From the human T2T-CHM13v2.0 reference genome, Homo sapiens, in the NCBI RefSeq assembly GCF_009914755.1, contig NC_060926.1: DNA of 64,000 nt. The stretch is one strand, 5' to 3'. The first letter of the stretch is position 1. Every line of letters begins with the position of its first letter. Positions 12,040-26,200 of the stretch are shown here, in pieces. A model generated the notes under the pieces. It was not told the origin of the DNA and did no database searches. It saw only the letters and a program-made list of their open reading frames with translations. The position numbers and the translations under genes are program-made.

Positions 12040-15000
12040 GAAAGGGAAGCAGAGCCAAGATAGCTGACTAAAAGCAGCAGTGATCGGGGACTCCCATGGA
12101 AAAAATCCAAAGCAGTATGTGAATCCTGCACTGGCAACCAAGATATACAGGTTCTGATATTAGGACTGACTAGGCAGCTGGCATAACCCACGGAGAGGAA
12201 GGAAGAGCAGAGTGGTGCGGCAGCCCACCTGAAAGCCACGCGGGGGCAGGGGAGCTCCCACCCCCAGCCAAGGGAGGTGGTGAGTGTGTGTGCTACCCAG
12301 CCCGGGAAACTGCTTTTTCCACAGAACGGTGCAACCAATGGATCGGAAGATCCCACTCATGAGCCCGTGCCACCAGGGCCTTGGGTCCCTACCATGAAGC
12401 CACACAGATTCTCACTCAACTAGAATCAGCCTAAGCCAGCTGGGTGCCCCGGGGGAGGGGCAGCCATCACCACTGCTCTGGTTGTGATGTCTAAGCCATT
12501 TGAGCTCCTTGGAGAAGGGCAGCAGCCAACATTGTGGCTGCAGGGCCTCTCTGCAGGATTTCCAACTCCAGCCAGGGGCTCAAGGACAGAACTCTGACCT
12601 CCCTGGGCCTGAGCCTCTACGGGGAGGGGTGGCTGTAGTCTCCACAGACCAGCAGACTTAGTCTTTCCTCTGCTAGCTCTGAAGAATCCAGGCATCCAAA
12701 ACAAGTGGGTTTTCCCTCAGCACTGCGCACCCCCTACACCAAGAGACAGCCAAAGTGCTTCATTAAATGGGTCCTGCTTTCTGTGCCCTCGCCAACTTGG
12801 TAAGACTCACCAACAGGGGTTGTCAGACATCCTATACAGGAGTGTCCCTACTGGCATCAGGTCGGTGCCCCTCAAGGTCAGAGATCCCAGAGGAAGGAGC
12901 AGGCACCCGTCTTTGCTCTTCTCCAGCCTCCTCGGATGGTATCTCCAGACACAGGAGGGAACCATATGAATAGGGTTTTAGGTGAGCCCCCAGCAAACCA
13001 CAATAGCCATACGGAAGAGAGACCTGACTATTGAAAGAAAAACAAATAAACAGAAGGCAGCAACAGTATCAACAAAAAAAGTCCCCACAAAAACCTCATT
13101 TAAGGGTCAGCAGCCTCAAAGATTGAAATTAGACAAACTCACAAAGATGAGAAAGAATCAATGAAAACAATGCAAAGACCCAAAAGACCAGAGTGCTTCT
13201 TCTCCTCCAAATGATAGCAACACTTCTCTAGCAAGGGTGCAGAACAGGACAGAGGATGAGATGGACAAATTGATGGAAGTAGACTTCAGAAGGTGGGTAA
13301 TAACAAAGGTCACTGAGGTAAAGGAGCATGTTCTAAACCAATGCAAAGAAGCTAAGAACCTTGTTAAAGTTTAGAGGAGCTGTGAACTAGAATAACCACT
13401 TTAGAGAGGAACATAAATGATCTGATGGAGCTGAAAAACACAGCACAAGAACATCATGAAGCATACACAATTGTCAATAGTCAAATTGATCAAGCAGAAG
13501 AAAGAATATTGGAGATGGAAGACTATCCTGCTGACATAAGGCAGGCAGAGAAGATTAGAGAAAACAGAATGAAAAGGAATGAAGAAAACCTCCGATAAAT
13601 ATGGGACTATGTAAAAAAGACTGCACCTACAACTGATTGGAGTACCTGAAAGAGACAGGGAGAATGGAACCAAGTTCGAAAACACACTTCAGAATATTAA
13701 CCAGAAGAACTTCCCCAACCTAGCAAGACAGCCCAATATTCAAATTCAGGAAATACAGAGAACACCACTAAGATCCTCCACAAGAAGATCAACCCAAGAC
13801 ACATCATCATATTCACCAAGGTCAAAATAAAGGAAAAAATGTTAAGTGCAGCCAGAGAGAAAGGTGAGTCACCTACAAAGGGAAGCTCATCAGACTAACA
13901 GCAGATCTCTCAGCAGAAACACTAAAGCCAGAAGAGTGTGGGGGCCAATATTCAACATTCTTAAAGAAAAGAATTTTCAACCTAGAATTTCATATCCAGC
14001 CAAACTAAGCTTCATAAGCAAAGGAGAAATAAAATCCTTTACAGACAAGAAAATGCTGAGGAAATTCGTCACCACCATGCCTGCCTTGCAAGAGCTCCTG
14101 AAGAAAGCACTAAATATGAAAATGAAAAACTGGTACCAGACACTGCAAAACACTCAAAAATATAAAGACCAATGACACTATGAAGAAACAGCATCAACTA
14201 CTGTGCAAAATAACCAGCTAGCGTCATGATGACAGGATTTAATTCAAACATAAATAACCTCAAATGTAAATGAGACTTAGACTCCCACACAATAATAGTG
14301 GGAGACTTTAACACCCCACTGTCAATATTAGACAGATCAATGAGACTGAAAATTAACAAGGATATTTAGGACTTGAACTCAGCTCTGGAACAAGTGGACC
14401 TAATAGATATCTACAGAACTCTCCACCCCAAAACAACAGAATATACATTCTTCTCGGTGCCACATGGCACTTTAAAATTGACCACATAAGTGGAAGTAAA
14501 ACACTCCTTCGCAAATACAAAAGAACTAAAATCATAACAAACAGTCTGTCAGACCACAGTGCAATCAAATTAGAACTCAGGATTAAGAAACTCACTGAAA
14601 ACCACACAACCACATGGAAATTGAACAACCTGCTCCTCAATGACTCCGGGGTAAATAATGAAATTAAGGCAGAAATCAAGAAATTCTTTAAAACCAATTA
14701 GAACAAAAAGACAATGCACCAGAATTTCTGGGACACAGCAAAAGCAGTGTTAAGAGGGAAATTTATAGCACTATGTGCCCACATCAGAAAGCTAGAGAGA
14801 TCTCAAATCAACACCCTCACATCACAATAAAAAAAACTAGAGAAGCAAGAGCAAACAAATCCAAAAGCTAGCAGAAGACAAGAAATAACTAAGATAAGAG
14901 CAGAACTGAAGAAGATAGAGATAAAAAAAAAAATCCTTCAAAAATCAATGAATCCAGGAGCTTGGTTTTTTGAAAAAAATTAATAAAATAGATAGACTAC

Positions 15001-16520
15001 TAGCTAGGCTAATAAATAGGAAAAGAGAGAAGAATCAAATAGACACAATAAAAGATGATAAAGGGGATATCACCACTGACCCTGAAGAAATACAAACTAC
15101 CATCAGAGAATGCTATAAACACCTCTACACAAATAAACTAGAAAATCTAGAAGAAATTGATAAATTCCTAGATACATACACTCTCCCAAGACTAAACCAG
15201 AAAAAAGTTGAATCTCTGAATAGGTCAATGACAAGTTCTGAAATTGAGGCAGTGAAAAAGGGCCTACCAACCAAAGAAAAGCCCAGAAACAGACCAATTC
15301 ACAGCTGAATTCTACCAGAGATACAAAGAGGAGCTGGTACCATTCCTTCTGAAACTATTCCAAACAATTGAAAGGATGGACTCCTCCCTAACTGATTTTA
15401 TGAGGCCAGCATCATCTTGATACTAAAACCTGGCAGAGACACAACAAAAAAAGAAAACTTCAGGCCAATATCCCTGATGAACATCAATGAAAAATTCCTC
15501 AAGAAAATACTGGCAAACCAAATCCAGCAGCACATCAAAAAGCTTATCCACCACGATCAAGTCAGCCTCATCCCAGGGATGCAAGGCTGGTTCAACATAC
15601 ACAAATCAATAAATGTAATCCATCACATAAACAGAACTAGTGACAAAAACACATGATTATCTCAATAAATGCAGAAAAGGCCTTCAATATAATTCAACAT
15701 CTTTTCATGTTAAAACTTCTCAATAAACTAGGTATTGATGAAAAATATCTCGAAAAATATCTCAAAATAATAAAAGCTATTTATGACAAACCCACAGCTA
15801 ATATCATACTGAATAGGCAAAAGCTGGAAGCATTCACTTTGAAAACTGGCACAAGACAAGGGTGCCCCCTCTCACCGCTCCTAATCAACATAGTATTGGA
15901 AGTTCTGGGCAGGCCAATGAGGCAAGAGAAAGAAATAAATAGGAAGAGAGGAAGTTGTAATTAGTGTGTTTTCTTGCTTCTGATAAAGACATTCCTGATA
16001 AAGAAAAGAGGTTTAATTGGACTTACTGTTCCTCATGGCTGGGGAGGCCTCAGAATCATGGTGGGAGGTGAAAGTCACTTCTTACATGGCAGAGAAAAAT
16101 GAAGAAGAAGCAAAAGCAGAAACCCCTGATAAGCCCATCAGATCTTGTGAGACTTATTCACTATCACAAGAATAGCATGAGAATGACCAGCCCCCATGAT
16201 TCAATTACCTCTCCCTGGGTCCCTCCCACAATACGTGAGAACTCTGGGAAATACATTTCAAGTTGAGGTTTGGGTGGGGACACAGCCAAACCATATCAGA
16301 AGTTGAATTATCTCTGTTTGCAGATGACATGATTCTATACTTAGAAAACCCCACGTCTCAGCCCAAAAACTCCTTAAGCTGATAAGCAACTTCAGTAAAG
16401 TCTCAGGATACAAAATCAATGTGCAAACATCACAAGCATTCTTATACACCAATAACAGACAAACAGAGATCCAAATCATGAGTGAACTCCCATTCACAAT
16501 TGCTTCAAAGAGAATAAATA
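12040..16520 (+). mobile_element. L1PA (~PA11-13-like) with intact 5'UTR, decayed ORF1 and ORF2, 3'-truncated
   Basis: agccaagatagctgactaaaagcagc start; ORF1 ~13147-14175 (RISYPAKLSF); ORF2 pieces ([22 protein letters not shown], tttgcagatgac = FADD); deletion within the endonuclease region at ~14270. Confidence 0.92.
15956..16298 (-). mobile_element. THE1-family (ERVL-MaLR) solo LTR inserted in L1 ORF2
   Basis: Reverse complement begins tgatatggtttggctgtgtccccaccc; 5-bp TSD gaagt at 15951-15955 and 16299-16303. Confidence 0.93.
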
Positions 16521-18138
16521 TTGACTTACTATAAAATAGAGTAATTAAGACAGTGTGGTATGGGTGAAAGAATACAGAAATCAATCAACAGAGCAGAATA
16601 CAGAACCCAGAAACAGACCTATATGTAAACAAAGTCAACTGATCTTTGACAAAGGAACAAAGGCAATAAAATGGAGCAAAGACAGTTTTTCAGCAATAGT
16701 GTGGAAAAACCAACATCCACATGCAAAAAAGAAAAAAAGAATCTAGACACAGACCTTGGATCCTTTACAAAAAAATAATTATAAGTGAACATAGACTCAT
16801 AGACCTAAATATAAAATGCAAAAACCATAGAAGACAATATTTTTTAAAGTCCTAAATTACCTGGTGTATTTTTTTATATTTTTAATGGACCTGACATTGC
16901 AAACATAGGCAAATCACTTTTTAGATACAACACCAAAGGCATGATCCATGAAAGAAAGAATTGATAAACTAGATTTCACTAAAATTAAAACCTCTACTCT
17001 GTGAAAGACAATGTTAACAGAATGAGAAAACAAGCCAGATTAGGAAAAAACATTTGCAAAAGAAATGTCTAATAACAGAATATTATTCAAAACATACAAA
17101 GAACTCTTAAAACTCAACAATAAGAAAATGGACAACCCAACTATAAAATAGGCCAAAGACCTTAACAGACTTCTCACCAAAGAAGATATACAGATGCCAA
17201 TTAAACTTATGAAAAGATGTTCAACATCGTATGTCCTTAGGGATTTGCAAATTAAAACAATGAGAGACCACTACACAACTACTAGAATGGTGAAACTTCA
17301 GAACACTGGCCACACTAAATGCTGGCTAGGATACGGAGAGCATGAACTCCCATTCTTTACTAGTATATATGCAAAATGGTACAGCCATGTTCAACAAAGA
17401 CAGTTTTGACAGCTTCCTACAAATCTAAACGTATCCTTACCGCACAATCCAGCAATCTCATTCCTTGTTATTACCCAAAGGAGCTGAAAACTTATGCCTA
17501 CATGAAAACCCACCCACAATGTTTATAGAAACTTTAATTGTACTTGCCAAAACCTGGAAGCCACCAAGATGTCCTTCAGTAATTGAGTAGATAAATAAAC
17601 TGATTTATCCAGACCAGAATATTATTCAGTACTAAAAAAGAAATGAATTATCAAGCCATGAAAAACATAGAGGAAACTTAAATGCATGTTACTAAGTGAA
17701 AGAAACCAATCCTGAAAAGGCTACATTTCATATATTCCAACTATATCACATTCTGGGAAAGACAAAATTATGGAAACAGTATAAAAATATTAGTGATTGG
17801 TAAAAAGATTAGGGAGAAAGAGATAAATAGGCTGAGCACAGAGGATTTTTATGACAGCAAAACTCTTCTGTATGATATTACAATGGTGAATACATGTCAC
17901 TATACATTTGCCAAACTCCCCGAATGAACAACACCAAAAATAAACCCTAATATAAACTATAGACTTTGGGTAATAATGATGTGTCAATGTAAGTTAATTA
18001 ATTGTGTATGCCACCCTGTTGAGGAATGCTGATAGGAGGTAGGTTGTACATGCATGGCAACAGGGAGTATGTGGGAACTCTGTATTTTTCCACTCAATTT
18101 TGCTGTGAACCTAAAACTGCTCTGGAAATAGAGTTTAA
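16521..18138 (+). mobile_element. L1MC1-like ORF2 end and 3'UTR
   Basis: caactgatctttgacaaagg...; 3'UTR aaccctaatataaactatagactttggg...tgctgtgaacctaaaactgctct. Confidence 0.85.
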
Positions 18139-18486
18139 TATTATTATTATTATTGTTATTATTATTATTATTATTACTATTTGAGATGGAGTCTTGCTTT
18201 GTCATCCAGGCTGGAATGCAGTGGTGTAATCTTGGCTCACTGTAACCTCTGCCTCCTAGGTTCAAGAAATTCTCCTGCCTCAGCCTCTCCAGTAGCTGAG
18301 ATTACAGGTGTCCACCACCTTGCCTGGCTAATTTTTTTTTTTTTTTTTTGGATTTTTTGGATTTTTAGTAGAGATGGGATTTCACCATGTTGGCCAGGCT
18401 GGTTTCAAACTCCTGACCTCAAGTGATCCGCCCCCCTCAGCCTCCGAAAGTGCTGGGATTATAGGCATGCGCCACTGTACCTAGCC
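18139..18486 (-). mobile_element. AluS (Sx/Sz-like) with (TTA)n-type tail
   Basis: gagatggagtcttgc...gacctcaagtgatccgccc; tail at 18139-18180. Confidence 0.92.
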
Positions 18487-18714
18487 CAGTTTATTAATTT
18501 TTAAAGAATGCTTGCCCATTTGTACTAAGTCTCCATCTCAGTCTGCTACCTGGCATTTCTTGCACTTACACAAATTTGTCTTTCAACTCTCTGACCCATT
18601 TTTGTGGTCCCTATTCAGGCTATCACTTTTCATGAGCAAGCACTTACCTCTTCTATCTATTACCATGCTCTACCCTTCTCTTCCAAACCTGGTACACAGT
18701 TTAATGAACTACGA

Positions 18715-18980
18715 TGTGTAGTGGTGGAGAGAGTTTGTATGGGCTTTGATTTAGAGTCAGACAAAACACATTTCACATCCTGGTTCTGCTTAGCCACTAG
18801 AAATATAATAATGTATAAACTACTTAGATATTCTGCACTTTAGTATCTTTTTCTATTCAATATGCTTAATAGTACTTGCATCATAGGTTTGTTGTATAGA
18901 ATAAATGAGATAATGTATGCAAATATTAAAACATCAAACTGTGTCTGGCGTGTAGTAAGCACTCAATAAGTGCTAATTCA
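18715..18980 (+). mobile_element. MIR SINE
   Basis: agagtcagac...aaatgagataatgtatg...tagtaagcactcaataa. Confidence 0.8.
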
Positions 18981-19039
18981 CTTTTAACAAAATTTGGCTA
19001 TCATTTTTGAAGCACTGACAATTACTGTCACCATGTCTG

Positions 19040-19555
19040 AAAATCTCTTAATGCTGGCCATGCCAGTTACTTGGCTTTTTGGACCAAAAAAACATATTTC
19101 TTACATTTCCACAGCAAGCTACATTTCCCAGGCCACAGTGTCAGCTGGCTGACAGATAAGTCCAGCCATCAGGAGGCAATGGCAATAGATAGGAAGGCAG
19201 AAGGAAATGAGAGGCCAAGATATAGCTCATCTTCTCTCTCTTCCTCAGGCAGCCTCTTCCAGCAGCAACATCCGCAAGGGACAGGTTTTCGCTCCCTGGG
19301 CCCAGTTTCCCTGGAGATCCTCTGCCATTTAGCTACTTGGGATCAAGCAGGCCTAACTCTGAGGCTCCGGTAACACCACATCTTCCTTTGGTTCCCCAGT
19401 CCCATGTATGGTGGTGTTTTCTCCTGTAACAAAGGTCTTCACTTCCTCACCAACTTGTTTTTTTTGCTTTTCAGCTCTCCCAACCCTTGTAACTAGTTCC
19501 CAGTACTAATTCCCTCTATTTCAGTACATGCTATGTGCTGTGTTATCCTGAAGAA
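19040..19555 (+). mobile_element. LTR33-like ERVL LTR
   Basis: acatttcccagg...ggaggcaatggcaatagataggaaggcag...gctccggtaacacc...ttgtaactagttccc. Confidence 0.6.
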
Positions 19556-19834
19556 GCCAAGTCAGAGTTATCCAAATTAACAATGAACTTCTTCTTATAT
19601 ATTGGCCCAATGTGCATGTGATTATTTATGACACAGCCTTTTAATCAAGCTTTATTCCTATAAATCAAATGCCTATGTTTGCAAAGCTCATATTGTTAGC
19701 AGAGAGTAGAAAGAATTAAAGCAGTTTATAAGGCTTAGGGGCATTGCTGAGAAGCATGAGGTAATTTCTCTCTTTAACATAAACGAGTCTATTAGTCATG
19801 CATATCATCTCTTCTATGGGCAGCCAAAGACAAC

Positions 19835-20273
19835 CATATTTTCAGGTGGCCATAATGAAGTACCCTATACTGAGTCACTTAAACAGCAGATAGTTATTGT
19901 CCCACAATTCTATAAGCTAGAAATCTGGGATTAAGATCTCAACAGGGTTGGTTCCTTCTGAGGGCTGTGAAATCATCAGTTCCATGCCTCTGGTGATTCA
20001 GTGGGGATTTTAGTGTTTCTTGACGTGTAGAAGCATCACCTAATCTCTGCCTTTACCTTCACATGACATTCTCCCTGTGCTTCTGTGTCCAAACTTTTCC
20101 TTTTTATGAGTATACCAGTGATATTGGATTGGGGCCCATCTTACTCCAGTATGACCTCATCTCATCTATTTGTATCTGCAATGACCCTATTTCTAAATAA
20201 GATCACTTTCTGAGGTACTAGTGGTTAGGACTTCAGCGCAATAATTTGTGAAGATGCAATTCAATCCACAACA
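19835..20273 (-). mobile_element. MLT1C-like MaLR LTR
   Basis: cagggttggttccttctgagggctgtga...ccagtatgacctcat...caattcaatccacaaca. Confidence 0.85.
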
Positions 20274-23200
20274 CAGGCCAAGGTGCTCATTAGGAGAATT
20301 TAATCTTTTAAAGGTTGCTGCAAAATCTAGATGCCTCTTTGAACATAATCTTTATTTTACTAAAATAGAAAATCTGCAAGTGTCTTTATTTTTTCTAGAG
20401 CATTTGGAAGAGAAAAGGGAGAAAACTCAAATGTAATCAATTCTTTCCCTCATTCATAACCCTAGGTACCAAGCGATTTATGAAGATATTAGTTTATGTT
20501 TCAAACTTGTATATGGTACTGAATGATGTAAATGTATGTAATTTATGGTGGCTCTTCCAATTAGTCCAGTTCCTTAAAAAGTCAGATCACCCAGAGACAT
20601 TTGGGAGGCATATTAATTAGAATCAAATAAGACAGACTAGCATTATATGCCATCACTATAAAAGGCAAGGTAGAATCAGAAAGGGGTGATTTTCTATAAG
20701 CAATTACAGGAAGAGGAGATACTATACTGAAGGAAGGGAAGTGGAAAATAGGACCGAAATAAACTGAAATTGGTGCCATGTATTCCAAGAAAGAAGGAGA
20801 CCAAGATATTATTGCTTAAGACAGCCTAGAAAGTAGGAAAGAGATCAAATGTTAATATAGATATATAGCTTAAAGTCAAATAGGAATAAACTCAAATATA
20901 CACCTCAAAAGCAAAGTTGCTATAACAAACTGTTTTTAACTTGTGTTTCTATTTTGATTAAATCAAGGAGAGCATGGGCATTATATATGGGAAGGGGAAA
21001 GTAGGTTGTCTACTACCCTCTCAAGGGTAAGCTCTTATTTATGGTATAGGTGCTTGGGAGAAATTATTTTATGGAGAAGATTGAGCAGAAAAAATATAAA
21101 TTCCTTAAGTTTTAAGAAAATTTGCCCCAAAAGTCTTTGAATTTTAAAGAGATATGGAAAGTTAAAAATAACTTCACTTTTGAAGGCTCACAGTTGCTGT
21201 AGCTTTAAAAGAGTGAAAGGCTTGAATTCACCTTTAGGGTACTAACTTTCTTTGAGATTTAAAACCATCATCGTGAGTTTTTCTAATCATGAAAATGCAA
21301 AGCAAGTTCCTCTTCTGAAATTAAGAAGTTTGCTATGCTCTCTATGGTCATATGAGATAGTGGCTTTTTTGTGGTAAATAATGCATTTCTAGGTCCCTGT
21401 ATCCTTTCAACAAATATTCGAAAAAATTATTTACATGGCAATGCCTCTGGAGATTATTGTTTATTGGAGGGGTGTGTGCCTGTCTGTGTGTGTATGTGTG
21501 CGTGTGTGTGTGTGTCCTTGTAGAAGCAATTAACATCTGGAGATTGGAATTGAGACCCTGAAGATTACAAGATCTCATATTCTCCTCAAGCTAGAGGACA
21601 ACCTATAAAAAATAGATCTGCACTTAATAATGCTTAACTTAACCTTAAGTTTGTGTTTGTGGTCTAATGAATTTTTATGCCAAACAGGATATCTCAGATC
21701 TTGGACAATAAACTATGTCAGTCTATGCACCCTAATGTGAGTGCACTGTTGGAGACTAAAGACAAAGACGACTTACTATGGAGAGAGGATGGATAATCCT
21801 AAAATGGAAATGATTTGGGGATAGAAACTGAAGACTGAATCTTAGACTGGGGATGAGAAAGAGTTCTCCAACTTTAGATCTGTGCAGAAGGCTGACAATT
21901 CTCAAAGCACAGATTTCCTGAAGTCTTCCCAGAATGGTGGGAAAGAATGTTGGTATTTATGATGGACGTATAGCTAGTTTGAAGTTTCCCTGTATCGGGT
22001 ACTCATGAGGATAATATTCTGTTATCCTCAAGTCTTAAAGAACAATTTGTTAAACATTACAATCTAATCTGTGCTTTGAGGAATTAGGAGCATGTCCATG
22101 TTTAGGACACAGTAGTATGGAAGACAGCACTTGTATTCTTCCACTTAAGATTGAATATTGACAACAGCATCTTCCCAATTTTTGATTAATTTTTGAGTGG
22201 GCAGCAAAGCAAGCTAGAGATCTGATTGTGTGGTTACCAGTGTAAAATCAGGCAGAGACAGAACATTATTAGAGACTAATGGAGGAAAAATTAAAATAAA
22301 TAAATAAATAAATAAATAAAACTAAGGGAAAAATGGAGGATCTAATTTAAAACAATCCCAGTCTTCAAAAATGTTCTAGAAGGAAAATACATGTAAGGAG
22401 AGTGGGAGTTTTAGAATCAGGTTTCCATTATTACTCATATGGGAGTTACTAAGTGGACAACAGATACTTTCAGTTGTCTGTGTAACTTTTTCTGGTAAAG
22501 TTGCCAATTGTGAGGCTTAGAAGTTTCTATGCTTTGTGTCCTGTATTCTATATAGTATTAAGTGATTCACCTTTGGTAAATAAACTAATGTATGCTGTTC
22601 TTATGAAACCATTGTTTTTAAAAGTAAAGGCAACAGTACATTATTCATCTTTCCTTTGCACTTGCGATGATGAAGATCCCTGAGTAATAAAAAAATAATC
22701 TTATTTCAGCTAAAAATTTACTTTTCCTCTCTTCCCAACCCTCCTTACTCCCACACTTAAAACTTTTAACCAGTTCTGGGAAAAGGTAGAAAATGCTAAG
22801 TTCCACCTCCTCTCCCTGCTCATCCTTTGATAAGCCTGCTAATGAGTAGTGAAATAACCAAGAGGTGAGGAGAAGAAGAAAAAAGAAGAGAGGTTAAGGG
22901 GCCTGAATAATCAACACACTAATTAATCTCATCTGACTAATCCTTGATTCATAAAGGAACATGAAATATGTCCCCAAATATTAACATCACTCTGGCTAGA
23001 TAGGCTATTGACATTCTCACAAGGCAAAGAGGGAAAAAAAAAAAAAAACACCTTTCCTGTAATTATCAAGTAAAAATGTTCAGGGAGTGTATTTCAGGCA
23101 TGAAGGGGAGAAATAGTGTAAAGTTCTCTCAGCCATCTTCTGGTAGTAACCTAAATAGAAATAAATTGGATCTTATAAAGTTGATGAAAATAACAAATAA

Positions 23201-26200
23201 CTATGTTTTTATATATTCCAAAAAAGAAAGAAATTTGGAAAGGGTAGATTGAGGGTCATGTAGCCCATCCTTCTGTCTCCTAACAGAACAACACTTGCAT
23301 TTTCAGCCTCACAATTGGCAACTTTACCAGAAAAAAGTAGCTATTTTGCTTGGAAATACAGGTGGGTCCCACATTTTTCCCAATAAATATGTTCTGTGAA
23401 ATATGCACAAATCAGATTTTTTAAAAATATACTCTATGAGATTCCTATCTCAAGACATCATGTAGTGGTTTTTGTTTGTAAATGTCATTTTAGGATTAAA
23501 TAATTACTTTATGATTTTTTTAATTAAAGCATGTCTGTAGTCTAAAAAATAAGTTAATATATTTGTTCTACCCATGCCTCCCTAAAGAACAGAAACACTA
23601 ATTAGAAATTGTATGGACTGATAAATTTGTGGTATTTACTAATAATATAGTTTACCCTCCTGGACAGAGAATTTCAGTCTTCCTCAAGCACTTCCTCAAG
23701 CTCTGTGCTTTACTGAAAGGAATGTTTTATTTGACTTCAGTGCTCCTCCTTGTCTAAGGTCACAATTAATTAGTGGCAGGGCCAGGTTGAGAACTTGCCC
23801 TTTGTTCTTTGTTTAATGTTCTTTCAATTGTACTACATCATTTGTCTTCAACACTGCCCTGTTTCGATCCTGTGTTCTGAGTACTCACTGGATCAAACAT
23901 TGTCCTCAACTTGTCCATAGCTTCTTGTTCTACCTTCTACACTGGTTCTCTGCGTTTTCCCAACTTGTTATTGTCAATAATACAGCTTCATAATGCCCCT
24001 CTCCTAAAGGTAACCTTCAAGAGAATCAGTTTAAGGTTGTTCTAAAAAGAATACCAGTAACCAACTATAATTTCTCTTTTCTTGAGGAAACAATTATAAT
24101 ACCCTTTAAGACCAACCAGTTCAGTTGTTTAGGGGAGACAACACTGTGATTGGTCCCCAAGGTCAGCAATTACAGGAAGGAAAAATTTTTCCTTGAAAAC
24201 TCAAAATTAACTCAAAAAATTGAGAGAACCAAAAAGAATTTTCTTCATTCTTCTACTTTTTTTGGTTTGTTTTTCATTTTCCTAGACTAAGTGAAGAAAT
24301 TCAGATTAAATTACGTGCACTAACTAAGATTTGACCTGACTAATTTGTGTACTATAGAAAGAGACCACGTTCAAATGAGTTAAACACCTTCTGCGGCTAA
24401 TTTGCTGCTCTCATAGGTGGGAGCAGGAGTGAAGAAAGAGAGGGGGAGAAGGCAGTGGGGAGGAGGAAGGAACAAGGAAACGAAGGAAGGAAGGGAGAAA
24501 GGCTGATAGATTATAATGAAGAGCTCTCAGAATTCATGGGGATTTTATTATTAAAAAGTGGGGGTTATATTTAGCCTTTATGATCCCCATTATTAGGCTT
24601 TCACTGCATTTTGATTTTCTTATGCCCTTAAATGCGTGAAAGAATAAAAAATATTCAGATAGCAGGATATGTTATGAGTACCTGGTCCAGGATAAAACAG
24701 ATTCCACTTGACTAAACAGAACTAGATCCTCTGGTTCTTTTAGGGAAAATATATGCAACTCCCCCATACCAAGCAGGAAGCCAAATTATTTCTTTGTAAA
24801 GAGGAATGGAAGAGCAGAAAGGAATGAGAAAACATTTGTCATGCTAGCCTCACTCTAATGCTTTCTGGGACCTATTTATCTCTTGCTTATTATGTAGTCT
24901 ATATAAAAGGTGCAGTCTCTAAAAGCTATCCTACAGCTCTGGAGAATAGTGAAAAGCCATATTCCATGGGCCTCACAGAGAGAACGGTTTCCCCCTTAGA
25001 ATCAGGTGTGGCTCCCCATGGCTGCTCAACCTTAGAAACTTGTAGAGTGTCCACGGTCGAGGAACTACCAAGGTAATTTTGCTCTGGATAGAGCTCAGAG
25101 AGGAGCTGTTCTTCACATGCTATTGATCACAGATGGAAATATATCTTCCTTAACTGGGTATGCTGCCCTTTAAAGTCTCCCACTTCAATGTAATGGGACA
25201 GATTGAATATTTTTCCATGTTAGTGGGTGGAAGTTTTTCCGATGCCACCCAGTTGCTCTTTTCTTCCAGAAAGCAAAATACAGATTTCCTTTGGGTGCAA
25301 CAGACATCAAGAAATAAAAAATAGCTGTCTCACATGCAATGCAAAATGACATCCAAAGAAATCACACATCAGAAATCACACATGGCAGAAATAAGCTTCC
25401 TTTTGAAATATTTTGGCACCTGACACAAGAGCAAAAGAATTGCACAGACCACCTGAAAAAAAAAAAGATTTCTGTTATAAAAATATTAATTAAATAATAT
25501 ATTTCTTACAGGCTGATCCTGAAAATATAGACTGAGGGCTGCCTATTGAAAAACAATACTTTGTGAAATATATTTTAATATTTAACAAACTAAGAAATAG
25601 CAGTTAGACCTGTAAGAACAAATTGAAGCTGGCTTGAGTGCCTACATAATATAGAATCTGTTTTCTTTGCTATAGCCTAAGCAAATCAGGTGCAATGGAC
25701 TTGGCCCATTATGAACACTTTATGGTAGAGATAGTCAAATAGTCCCCAAGATTTTTTTAAGTCTCCTAAACAGGAAAAGAATCTCTTAAATTCTAATTCA
25801 AGTGAGTTCTAATTCATTTTATTAGATATAAATTCCAATATAGAATTTCAAAGGACTAATCATTTTTATTTTGAAAGTCATTGGTTCCTTTTGAAAATTT
25901 CTTCATGCTTCTTCTAGAGATAGTGAAATTCTCCCCCAAAATAAGTTAAAAGGTGATGCCCGGAGGCAGATTAAGGAAAAGTGTTTGCTTCATTCCTTGA
26001 AATGGCGCGTTTTTATATGTCTGCAAATACTAAAGACCAGAAAGCTTAAGAACTGAACTTCACATAGTACACCTGTGTGAAATATTAATGAGACAAGTTC
26101 CCAACCTGCATGTAACTCAATGAAAGAGTTACCTAGGCAGAGAATTGGCTCAGGAACATCTAATATATTGGTTGAAATGTTAGAGGTGATGTTTGAAGTT

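Noticed and set aside
24177-24194. Perfect 18-bp palindrome aaggaaaaatttttcctt
   Set aside because: Low-complexity A5T5 core; no supporting context
25355-25392. Short tandem repeat agaaatcacacat x2
   Set aside because: Ordinary slippage duplication; not a CRISPR-like or functional array
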